Source: Clostridia bacterium
Lineage (GTDB): Bacteria > Bacillota > Clostridia > JAAYHZ01
Assembly (NCBI GenBank): GCA_050950825.1
Contig: JBMNIH010000007.1
Span: 192,001 to 256,000 of the forward strand
DNA: 64,000 nucleotides
Direction of reading: 5' to 3'
Below the pieces are notes generated by a model. That model saw nothing but the letters and a program-made list of their open reading frames with translations. It did no database searches and had not been told where the DNA came from. The first letter of the stretch is position 1, and the number at the start of each line of letters is the position of its first letter. The position numbers and the translations under genes are program-made. Below are positions 12,873 to 22,200 of this stretch, piece after piece.

Positions 12873-13721
12873 ATGAAGCTATATAACGAAAGTGCGGAAT
12901 TTTTTGTACCGGACGGGAAAAGCGTAGAAGAAGCATTGAAGAGAACTACCCATATGGGGATTTCCGCTCATCAAGACGACATTGAAATCATGGCGTATGA
13001 CGGAATATTGGAATGCTTCGGAAAAGACGACAAATGGTTTTTCGGAGTCGTGGTAACCAACGGAGCCGGAAGCCCGAGAGCCGACTTGTATGAAAAATAC
13101 ACCGACGAAGACATGATCATTGTCAGAAAGAAGGAGCAAAAAAAGGCCGCCTTCATAGGCGAATATTCCGGAGTAGCCCTTTTGGACTACACCAGCTCCC
13201 AAGTCAAGGACGCGAATAACGAAAAGCCGGTAGACGAATTGGAAGCACTGCTTCGCAAGGCCGCTCCGAAGGTTGTTTATACCCATAACTTGGCGGACAA
13301 ACACGATACCCATGTAGGGGTAACCTTAAAGGTTATCAAAGCCATTCGCCGACTGCCTAAAGAATTAAGGCCGGAAAAGCTGTACGGCTGCGAAGTGTGG
13401 AGAAATTTAGACTGGATGTTGGATGAAGACAAGGTTTCATTCAATGTCAGCGGCCATCCGAATATTGCCTCCGCTTTAGTGGAAATACACGATTCCCAAG
13501 TATGCGGCGGAAAACGGTACGATTTGGCTACCATGGGCAGAAGAAAAGCTCATGCCACCTATGCCGCTTCTCACGGAACCGACGATGCCGAATACTTGAT
13601 CTTCGGTATGGATTTGACCCCGTTGATTCAAGACGATTCCTTGGATGTTCTTGAGTATGTCCAAAGCTACATCAACCGCTTTGCAAACGATGTGGCAAGC
13701 AAGATAAAGAAAATGTCATGA
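12873..13721 (+). CDS. PIG-L/LmbE-family deacetylase
   Basis: AHQDDIE metal motif and later HDTH motif. Confidence 0.85.
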   Translation: MKLYNESAEFFVPDGKSVEEALKRTTHMGISAHQDDIEIMAYDGILECFGKDDKWFFGVVVTNGAGSPRADLYEKYTDEDMIIVRKKEQKKAAFIGEYSGVALLDYTSSQVKDANNEKPVDELEALLRKAAPKVVYTHNLADKHDTHVGVTLKVIKAIRRLPKELRPEKLYGCEVWRNLDWMLDEDKVSFNVSGHPNIASALVEIHDSQVCGGKRYDLATMGRRKAHATYAASHGTDDAEYLIFGMDLTPLIQDDSLDVLEYVQSYINRFANDVASKIKKMS

Positions 13722-14455
13722 CCAATATTAAGCTCGTTATAGCCTATGACGGGACGAATTATCACGGATGGCAGAGCCAGGCCAATGCAGTTACCGTGCA
13801 GGACACCTTGGTCTCTGCCATTTATCGTGGAATAGGGGAAAAGCCGATATTGATCGGAAGCGGCCGAACGGATGCCGGTGTCCATGCCATAGCGCAAGTA
13901 GCCAACTTTCACACCGAGTCCGATGTACCGCCGGATAAAATGAAATACGTTATCAATGCCTATTTGCCCAACGATATTCATGTTATGGATTCGTCCCAAG
14001 TCCCCGACGATTTTCATGCCCAATTCAGTGCGGTAAGAAAAGAATATATGTACAAGATTCTCAATGCTCCCGATCCTTCGGTGTTTCATACCAATTACGC
14101 GTATTGGGTAGGCCGAAGGCTGTCCTTTGAAGATATGGCTTGTGCCTGCAAGGACTTTTTAGGAGAGCATGATTTTTCGGCGTTTTGCGCCACGGGAAGC
14201 AAGGTTACGGATTTCACCCGCCGAATTTTTCGTTCGGAGCTTGAAAAGGACGGGGATTTTATTATCTATACCGTCCAAGGAAGCGGCTTTTTGTACAACA
14301 TGGTTCGTATTATCATAGGGACATTAATTGAAATCGGGATGGGGAAAATACCGAAGGACGCCATACCCTCTATTATTAAAGGTAAAGACCGAAGAAAAGC
14401 CGGACGAACGGCACCTCCTCAAGGATTGTACTTGAAAAACGTATATTATGAATAA
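13718..14455 (+). CDS. truA: tRNA pseudouridine(38-40) synthase
   Basis: YDGTNYHGWQ, GRTDAGVHA, FLYNMVR, TAPPQGL. Confidence 0.97.
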   Translation: MTNIKLVIAYDGTNYHGWQSQANAVTVQDTLVSAIYRGIGEKPILIGSGRTDAGVHAIAQVANFHTESDVPPDKMKYVINAYLPNDIHVMDSSQVPDDFHAQFSAVRKEYMYKILNAPDPSVFHTNYAYWVGRRLSFEDMACACKDFLGEHDFSAFCATGSKVTDFTRRIFRSELEKDGDFIIYTVQGSGFLYNMVRIIIGTLIEIGMGKIPKDAIPSIIKGKDRRKAGRTAPPQGLYLKNVYYE

Positions 14456-14553
14456 TAAATTGGGATGACGCACGATTAAACGAGAGAATACGAGAACTAT
14501 TCTTTAAAAAACGAAGTATTCGGAAGGTAAATTAAATTTTTAAAAATATACCC

Positions 14554-14582
14554 TTGACACGGAATAATCCATATATTAAAAT
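14554..14582 (+). promoter_or_regulatory. Sigma-A promoter of rplM-rpsI
   Basis: TTGACA-17 bp-TAAAAT. Confidence 0.85.
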
Positions 14583-14644
14583 ACATGAGTGTCCTCGGGC
14601 GGGGAGACTAAAATTGATAAGACACCTTGAAGGAGGTTAGATAT

Positions 14645-15073
14645 ATGAAGTCCTACATGGCAAAAGCAGAAAACATCGAACGCAAGTGGTACGTCATCGA
14701 TGCGGAAGGCAAGGTATTAGGTAGATTGGCTTCGGAAGTCGCTCGAATTTTAATCGGTAAACATAAACCTGAATATACTCCTCATGTAGATACCGGTGAT
14801 TATGTCATCGTTATCAATGCGGACAAGATCCAATTGACCGGCAAGAAGTGGGATCAAAAGACCCATAACTATTTTACGGGGTATGTTGGCGGTTATAAAG
14901 AAGTGTCCTACAAGCACTTACTGCAAAAAAATCCCGTTAAGATTATCGAACTTGCCGTAAAAGGCATGCTTCCTAAAAACGCTTTGGGAAGAAAAATGTA
15001 TAAGAAGCTGAAGGTTTATGCAGGAAATGAGCATCCTCATCAAGCCCAACAACCTCAACCTTGGGAAATATGA
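14645..15073 (+). CDS. rplM: 50S ribosomal protein L13
   Basis: [31 protein letters not shown]; ATG at 14645 after AGGAGG. Confidence 0.99.
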   Translation: MKSYMAKAENIERKWYVIDAEGKVLGRLASEVARILIGKHKPEYTPHVDTGDYVIVINADKIQLTGKKWDQKTHNYFTGYVGGYKEVSYKHLLQKNPVKIIELAVKGMLPKNALGRKMYKKLKVYAGNEHPHQAQQPQPWEI

Positions 15074-15092
15074 GAAAGGAGGAGTAGCATAA

Positions 15093-15485
15093 ATGGCTAG
15101 TGTACAATATTACGGAACCGGAAGAAGAAAAAAATCGGTAGCACGTGTAAGATTGGTACCGGGAGAAGGAAACTTTGTAATCAATGAACGTTCCTTAGAC
15201 GAATATTTCGGATTGGAAACGCTGAAGGTTATCGTTAAACAGCCTTTGGTTTTGACCAATACGCTGGACCGCTTTGATGTTTTGGTTAACGTAAAAGGAG
15301 GCGGTTTCACGGGTCAAGCGGGCGCTATTCGCCACGGTATTGCAAGAGCTTTGCTGGAAGCCGACGAAGCATACAGACAGCCTTTGAAAAAAGCCGGTTT
15401 CTTGACAAGAGATCCGAGAATGAAGGAAAGAAAGAAATACGGTCTCAAGAAAGCAAGAAGAGCTCCTCAATTCTCAAAGAGATAA
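15093..15485 (+). CDS. rpsI: 30S ribosomal protein S9
   Basis: [30 protein letters not shown]. Confidence 0.99.
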   Translation: MASVQYYGTGRRKKSVARVRLVPGEGNFVINERSLDEYFGLETLKVIVKQPLVLTNTLDRFDVLVNVKGGGFTGQAGAIRHGIARALLEADEAYRQPLKKAGFLTRDPRMKERKKYGLKKARRAPQFSKR

Positions 15486-15490
15486 AAAAT

Positions 15491-15945
15491 TGTTTCATTA
15501 CACACGAGTTTGTTTACAATTACAAAGTTTGCTTATCGCAAGCGCCAACCGTCAGGGGGGAGAATTCCCTTTGGCGGTTTTTTGTTGTGTAAAAAAGCAT
15601 ATAAGAATGTATAAATTATTAAATCCGGACGCAGTTTTAATCCCTCGTAAGCCTGTATAATTCGTATGTGTAGGTGGTTTCGATATTTCCTCCCGTAGGT
15701 TATACCCTGCGTATGAATACTCATTACCTTCCACGAGCAAACTTTGTCATTCTTCACTGCTCACGAGCAAACTCGCTTGTCATTTTCTCATTTTTTATAT
15801 CTTTTTTTATATTTTTTAAGGTAATAAAACCCGAGAGCAAACTTTGTCACTACAAGGGAAGAAACAGCGAGAAGCCTTGCAACAACTACATTTCAACACG
15901 AGCAAACTTTGTCACTCCGTGAGCAAACTTATTTGTAACTACACA
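15491..15945. mobile_element. Non-autonomous Tn7-like element (ends only, no transposition genes)
   Basis: Inverted termini TGTTTCAT-TACACACGAGTTTGTTTAC and (reverse complement) TGTGTAGT-TACAAATAAGTTTGCTCAC; seven copies of a GAGCAAACT(nnn)TTGTCA-like motif, two at 15498-15538 inverted and five at 15732, 15762, 15835, 15897 and 15919. No target duplication visible. Confidence 0.75.
15547..15583 (+). terminator. Terminator inside the Tn7-like element, positioned to end the rplM-rpsI transcript
   Basis: AACCGTCAGGGGGG...TTCCCTTTGGCGGTT stem (with G-U pairs) followed by a T run. Confidence 0.65.
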
Positions 15946-16022
15946 TAGTAATAAATAAAAAATGAAATAAAAATAAGGGTAAATCTCAGAAAAAAATTTC
16001 AAATAACCAAACGCCAATATTA

Positions 16023-17414
16023 GATAGTGTCTTGTCAAGTGGTGTAAAATGATTTCTACTTTATCTTCCCTTCGTTTCATTTATGTAAGATAGCAATCGG
16101 AGCTAATGAAAACCCATTAGCCTGTGTAAGCTTTTCCATAGATTCTAAACTGAAGTATCGCCGCCCTACCTGCCATTCATCGTTCTGCTCCATAAGCATA
16201 GTACCTACAAGGCGAATAACGGCATCACGATTAGGAAATATGCATACAACATCAGTCCGACGGCGTATCTCACGATTAAGCCGTTCCAATGGATTCGTAG
16301 AATGAATCTGTATCCAATGCTCACGGGGAAAGGCCATATACGCCAATATATCCTCTTCGGCTGCTTCAAGGATTTCCATTGCTTTCGGAAAACGCCCCCT
16401 CAGTTCATCTACCACATGTCTTAGCTGTTCCCTTGCGGATTCCTGATCATTTTGTGCAAAAATGGTGCGTATGATTGAGGAGACCATTCCTTGGCACTTC
16501 TTCGGCACTTGGCTTAATACGTTCCGCATAAAATGTACTCGGCATCTTTGCCATGTGCTCCCGGTTAAAACCTTCTTTATGGCGGATTTTAACCCCTCAT
16601 GGGCATCACTTACAACTAACTTCACCCCTTTAAGTCCCCTTGCTACAAGCTTTCTCAGAAACTCTTCCCAAAAAGCTCCGTCTTCACTCATGCCGACATC
16701 AAAACCTAGTATCTCTCGTTCACCGGACTGATTTACACCTACGGCTATTACAAGTGCCATACTGCATACTCTTCCACCTTCACGAACCTTAGGAAAAGTA
16801 GCATCAAGCCAAAGATAAGGGTATTCTCCTTCGAGTATGCGGTTCTTGAACTCGGTGACAAAGCCATCCAATTGCTTGCTGATCCCGGAAACTTCGCTTT
16901 TATCCATCCCTTTAATTCCGAGAGATTCTACCAACTCATCTACTTTTCTAGTGCTGACACCGTGCACATAAGCTTCCTGCACCACATTTAATAAAGCTTT
17001 TTCTGACATCTTCCGAGGCTCTAATAAACTTGGGAAATAGCTTCCATGCCTCAATTTGGGTATGCTTAACTGTAACGTACCAAGGCGAGTATCCCATTCT
17101 CTTTGTCGGTATCCATTACGATGATTGTTCCGATTCTCACTTCGTTCATACTTTTCCGCACCGATCATCGACGTAACTTCCGCATCCATCAGAGCATTGA
17201 TTAACAGCGTAAGCGCTTCCTTTAAAAAATCCTTATCTTTTTCAACAACATACTTGCTAAGTTGCTCTAAAAGTGACATTCTATTTTTAGTAGCCACGGT
17301 ATGACCTCCTTTACTTTATCTTTTTTGTTTGAATCTAATAAAGTAAAAATCATATCGTGGTTACTCTTGTCAAGCATACTCCACGAAATTTACACCACTA
17401 CTTAAGACTATAAC
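16023..17414 (-). mobile_element. IS256-family element, copy 1 (1392 bp)
   Basis: Imperfect IRs GATAGTGTCTTGTCAAGTGGTGTAAA / GTTATAGTCTTAAGTAGTGGTGTAAA; near-identical to 42662-44053; flanks CAATATTA and TGTAAGCC are not duplicated. Confidence 0.93.
16077..17297 (-). CDS. IS256-family (mutator-type) transposase
   Basis: RNGYR, YLWLDA, VSDAHEGL, WQRCRVHF, STNPLERLNREIRRR. Confidence 0.97.
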   Translation of the reverse strand: MATKNRMSLLEQLSKYVVEKDKDFLKEALTLLINALMDAEVTSMIGAEKYERSENRNNHRNGYRQREWDTRLGTLQLSIPKLRHGSYFPSLLEPRKMSEKALLNVVQEAYVHGVSTRKVDELVESLGIKGMDKSEVSGISKQLDGFVTEFKNRILEGEYPYLWLDATFPKVREGGRVCSMALVIAVGVNQSGEREILGFDVGMSEDGAFWEEFLRKLVARGLKGVKLVVSDAHEGLKSAIKKVLTGSTWQRCRVHFMRNVLSQVPKKCQGMVSSIIRTIFAQNDQESAREQLRHVVDELRGRFPKAMEILEAAEEDILAYMAFPREHWIQIHSTNPLERLNREIRRRTDVVCIFPNRDAVIRLVGTMLMEQNDEWQVGRRYFSLESMEKLTQANGFSLAPIAILHK

Positions 17415-17419
17415 TGTAA

Positions 17420-17547
17420 GCCTGTTAGATAGTGGTTAATAACAGTTAAGAACCATTGTTAGTAGTTATTACTGGGTATAAACTGTTAAGGGCTATTAGT
17501 GATAATTATTAACTTTCAATATTGGCGGATATACTGAGATATACTGC
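17420..17547. repeat. Degenerate 10-bp periodic repeat tract
   Basis: In-register decamers AGTGGTTAAT, AACAGTTAAG, AACCATTGTT, AGTAGTTATT, ACTGGGTATA, AACTGTTAAG, GGCTATTAGT, GATAATTATT, then GATATACTG twice 10 bp apart. Confidence 0.55.
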
Positions 17548-17743
17548 CTGCTTAAGCGTAGAGGGAGTTGATTTTCCTAATTATTTTATTCGTGCCGAAA
17601 AAAATCGCTATAGAGGATGACTATGCTATAAATAAAATAATTAAAAGGAACAAAATCAAAAGAAATAGAAAGAAATTGATATAAAATCCCAGTAGGCTAA
17701 TATAGGGCTAAATCAGTATAAATCGGCTAAAATAGACTTTTTT

Positions 17744-17788
17744 AAAATAACCATTTTGTTTATCAACGTACAAAACGGTTATTTTTTT
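17744..17788. terminator. Hairpin, possible bidirectional terminator upstream of BREX
   Basis: AAAATAACCATTTTGT...ACAAAACGGTTATTTT with a T run. Confidence 0.55.
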
Positions 17789-18027
17789 GACTCAATTTTC
17801 GATGTGCTCCTAAAATATAATGGAAGATTACATCAATGAAAAATCCTATCAAAAATAAATAAAATAGATTTAATGAGGAAAAAGGAAGAAAAAAATTGAA
17901 TAAAGGAGATAAAAAATCTAATCACCTAATAATCGCAGTATATCAAGTTTCTATAAGGGGAGGATTTTATATTAAAGAATTAACTCACAATTAATTCTGG
18001 TTTTTCAATGCATTTATGATTAAATAG

Positions 18028-18036
18028 TGGTATAAT
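18028..18036 (+). promoter_or_regulatory. Extended -10 promoter element of the BREX operon
   Basis: TGGTATAAT about 50 bp before the brxA start; weak -35. Confidence 0.5.
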
Positions 18037-18083
18037 GTTTATATAAAAGAATGGCCACGAGAAAGAGGCGATGATGGTAAAAC

Positions 18084-18680
18084 ATGTTAGAATATAAGTC
18101 AACAATTAAGGCTAGATCTTATCTTTATTTAGAGTTGAAAAAGGCATCAAACCTATACTTACAAGGATTTTCTATAGATGACATAAGACAAAAAGCATTA
18201 GATGAAAATATATTTTCATTAAATTCAGAGAGCAGAATTAAGGAAATTGCTTCAACCGTCTCGGAAAGACTAGAAGCCTTGGATGAAATGTTACTTGATA
18301 AATTAGTAAATGGAAACCTTGAAACAAGCAAACAGGTAGCCCTATATGCTATTTTGAAAACAGACAGGCTTTTTTTTGAGTTCATGCAGGAGGTATATAG
18401 AGATAAATACCTTATAAGAGATTATTTAATTACAGATAAGGATTTTGCTATTTTCTACCAAAGAAAAGCAGAACAAAGTCAAAAAGTGGCAGAGTGGAAA
18501 GATTATACCTTTTATAAATTAAAGCAGGTTTACAAAAGAATCTTAACTGAAGCCGGATTTGTAAAGAAGAATAAAAAAGATGTTGAAATAACCAGACCCT
18601 TAATGGAGCAAGAATTAATAGAACATTTAAATGCAAAAGGTGATGGCATATACCTGCAGGCTATGTTAGGAGGGATATAA
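18084..18680 (+). CDS. brxA: BREX protein BrxA (DUF1819)
   Basis: 198 aa, LYAILKTDRLFFEFM and W...T..KL...Y..IL.EAG; first gene of the BREX operon. Confidence 0.9.
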   Translation: MLEYKSTIKARSYLYLELKKASNLYLQGFSIDDIRQKALDENIFSLNSESRIKEIASTVSERLEALDEMLLDKLVNGNLETSKQVALYAILKTDRLFFEFMQEVYRDKYLIRDYLITDKDFAIFYQRKAEQSQKVAEWKDYTFYKLKQVYKRILTEAGFVKKNKKDVEITRPLMEQELIEHLNAKGDGIYLQAMLGGI

Positions 18681-19262
18681 ATGAAGACCATTTATGAAAG
18701 GCTTGATGAGATTCTACCTATTATTACAGATAAAAGATTTAGGGAGAACAAAGGATTAGGCAATGAAATAGGCTACTACATTTTTGATTATGATCCTGAA
18801 CATGAAATCATTGTTAGAGAACATATAAAGTTCTTAAAGCAGAAAATAAATAATGATGGCATGGATTTTTCTATTAGAGAAATTGACCTTTATGAAATAA
18901 TGATTGAAATATTAGCGGAAAAGGGATATTTGAAGAAAGTCTTTGAAATGGAGAAGAAAAAAGGTACAGATGCAATCCTTAAGCCTATAAAGAATACTTT
19001 AAGACTCACCCAGAAAAATGATTTAGTTGTAGAGTATATCAGGGAAAGAGTACAGGAAAATGATATTGTTTTCTTAACAGGTGTGGGGAAAATATGGCCA
19101 ATTATCCGATCTCACACTATTTTAAATGTTCTACATTCTGTAATAGATCATATACCTTTAATCATGTTTTATCCTGGGACTTATTCAGGACAAGACTTAA
19201 ATCTTTTTGATGAAATTTCTGACCAAAACTATTATAGGGCTTTTAAACTGGTAGAAAGATAG
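18681..19262 (+). CDS. brxB: BREX protein BrxB (DUF1788)
   Basis: GLGNEIGYYIFDYDP, LTGVGKIWPIIRSH, FYPG.Y, NYYRAF. Confidence 0.93.
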   Translation: MKTIYERLDEILPIITDKRFRENKGLGNEIGYYIFDYDPEHEIIVREHIKFLKQKINNDGMDFSIREIDLYEIMIEILAEKGYLKKVFEMEKKKGTDAILKPIKNTLRLTQKNDLVVEYIRERVQENDIVFLTGVGKIWPIIRSHTILNVLHSVIDHIPLIMFYPGTYSGQDLNLFDEISDQNYYRAFKLVER

Positions 19263-19278
19263 GGGAGGGAATTGGACT

Positions 19279-22200
19279 ATGAAATTAAAGAAAATGTTTT
19301 ATAAGGAAATTGATAGGGATATTAAGGGCGTTATTAAGATTGGACAAGATGATGATACCAATGTTCACCAAGAGTTGGAGGAATATGTAGTTACTCGAGA
19401 ATTGGCTAGACATTTTAGCACTTTTTTTGAGGCCTACAGAGAAGCGATTAATAATTATACTGACAAAATGGGAGTCTGGATATCAGGATTCTTTGGTTCT
19501 GGTAAATCCCATTTCTTAAAGATTTTATCTTATCTTCTTGAGAATAAAGAGGTAAAGGGTAAACGTGCTATATCCTATTTTGACGATAAAATAGAGGATG
19601 CTTCCGTTTTAGCAGATATGAAAGCCTCAGGGGATGTAAGTGCCGATGTTATTTTATTTAACATAGATTCAAAAGCCGATTCAGATTCTAGAACTAATAA
19701 GGAATCAATAGTTAATGTATTCAATAAAGTGTTCAATGAAATGCAAGGTTTCTGCGGATCTTTGCCATGGCTTGCAGATCTTGAAGCACAAATGGTTAAA
19801 GAAGGTTCTTATGAAGCCTTTAAGTCAAGATTTGAGGAATTATCAGGGGAATCATGGATTGAAGCAAGAGAAGATTTTTATTTTGAAGAAGATAATATAG
19901 TTCAGGCACTGGCAGATACAACTAAAATGAGTATAGAAGCAGCCCGAAATTGGTACAACAAGGCTGAAGATAACTACTCTTTAAGTGTTGAAAAGTTCGC
20001 TAACAAAGTAAAAGAATATATTGAGTCCAAGGACAGAGAGCACCATGTCATCTTTTTGGTGGATGAGATGGGTCAATACATAGGGGATGATGTAGGTTTA
20101 ATGCTTAACCTGCAGACAGTTGTTGAAGATTTAGGAACTTATTGTGGGGGTAAAGCGTGGGTTATTGTAACCTCACAGCAAGATATAGATACTGTTACGA
20201 AGGTAAGGGGTAATGACTTTTCTAAAATCCAAGGTAGATTTAATACAAGGCTTAGTTTATCCAGTGCCAACGTGGATGAAGTAATTAAAAGGAGAATCCT
20301 TTATAAAAACGAAACCGCTAAAGAGACTTTAAAACTCTACTATGCAGACAAGGAAGCAATTATAAAAAACCTTATTACCTTTTCTGCTGATACACCGGAA
20401 ATGAAAATCTTCAAAACAGCAGAAGACTTTATAGATGTGTATCCCTTTATACCTTATCAATTTAGATTGCTGCAGTCTGTTTTTACAGCAATTAGACAGC
20501 ATGGTGCTAGTGGAAAACATCTTTCAGAAGGAGAGAGGTCTCTTTTATCTGCATTTCAAGAGGCTGCTATCAAATATATGGATAAAGAAGTGGGAGCATT
20601 AGTACCATTTTCCGCATTCTACGAAACTATAGAGACTTTCTTGGATCATAATATCAAGACAGTTTTTATTCATGCAGAAGATAACGATAGGCTCAGTAGT
20701 ATGGATGTAGAAGTACTGAAGGTCCTATTTTTAATAAAATGGGTAAAAGAAATGCCAAAGAACTTGGAAAACATTGCAACATTAATGGTTTCACATATTG
20801 ACGAAGACAAAATTGAATTAAAGAAAAAAATAGAAGCCTCTTTAGACAGGCTTGTAAAAGAGACACTGGTTCAGAAAAATGGAAATGAATATATCTTCTT
20901 AACTCATGAAGAACAGGACGTAAATAAAGAAATACAGAATATTTCAATTGATATCAGTGAAATAATACTGAAGATTGGTGAGGAAATATACACAGGAATT
21001 TACAGTGAAAAGAAGTTTCGCTATAACGTTAGATACCATTTTGATTTTAACAAAATCATAGACGATAGGTATATGTCCTCCCAAAAACACGATATAGGAG
21101 TAAAAATAATTACCCCTTATTATGATACTGGTGTTGAACTTACTGACCATGAATTAAGAATGATGTCAGCCAGAGAGAATAATCTAATAATCAAACTACC
21201 TCAAGATACTTCTTTCCTTGAAGAGATGGAGAATATATTAAAGATACAGACCTACCTTACAAGGAAAGCAGGGACTATACAAACGGAAGAAATTGAGGAA
21301 ATAAAGATACGAAAATCAAGAGAAGTTGCTGAGAGAAAGGACAGAGTTGTATCCTTACTTAAGGAAGCATTGCAAGAAGCAGACTTCTATGTAAATATGC
21401 AAAAAATTGATATAAAATCAAAAAATCCTGTTGAAAGAATAAACAGTGGGTTGAAAATACTTATTGAAAATATCTATGACAAGTTAAACTATATTACTGA
21501 TTTTATTGAAAGCACCAAAGAACTTCATGACCTGCTGTTTGATGAAAATACTCAGATAAATATATTTGGGGAAGAAGAAATCCCAAACAAACTAGCCATA
21601 GATGAGATGCTCCACTATATCGAAAGAAACACCCAACGGCATATTCCTGTAACTATGAAAACTCTATTGGAACTATATGATAAACCGCCTTATGGCTGGC
21701 TGCCAGATGATATCAGGGGGCTAGTGATTAGATTATTTAGAGCACAGGAAATTAAGATACAATTAGGTAGCGAATATATTAATCCTTCGGATAAAAACCT
21801 AATCCAATATATGACGAAAAAAGATTATATAGATAGATTGCTAATAAAGAAAAGAACTAAAACCCCTGAAAAGTATTTGAATAATGCCAGGATGTTGATT
21901 AGAGAAGTTTTCAATTATGCATCAGTGCCAGGGGATGAAGATGGATTAATGATTCGTTTCAAGGAGTTATCTAACTATGAATTATCAAATATAAGAGAAC
22001 TATTAGTCCGTTATGAAGAGAGAAACTATCCCGGCAAAGATGTGTTAGAAAGAGGCAAGAGTCTTTTCGAGGACATTTTGCAGATTAGTGATGCTACAGC
22101 CTTCTTTGAAAAACTATATGAAGTAAAAGAAGAATTAATGGACTATGAGGAAGAAGTTTTTGACGTTAAAAAATTCTTTAAAAACCAAAAAGAGCAGTTT

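Noticed and set aside
14587-14626. Possible L13 leader RNA (GTGTC...GACAC stem)
   Set aside because: Plausible from position, but a 5-bp stem is not enough support without a covariance-model search.
15634-15705. GTTTTAATCCCTCGTAAG... resembles a type I-B CRISPR repeat inside the Tn7-like element, suggesting a CAST homing spacer
   Set aside because: Only partial similarity, no convincing second repeat, the intervening sequence does not match rpsI, and there are no cas genes in the window.
15732-15938. Repeats read as a CRISPR array
   Set aside because: Units are 15-21 bp with irregular spacing, and inverted copies lie at the other end; this fits transposase-binding sites.
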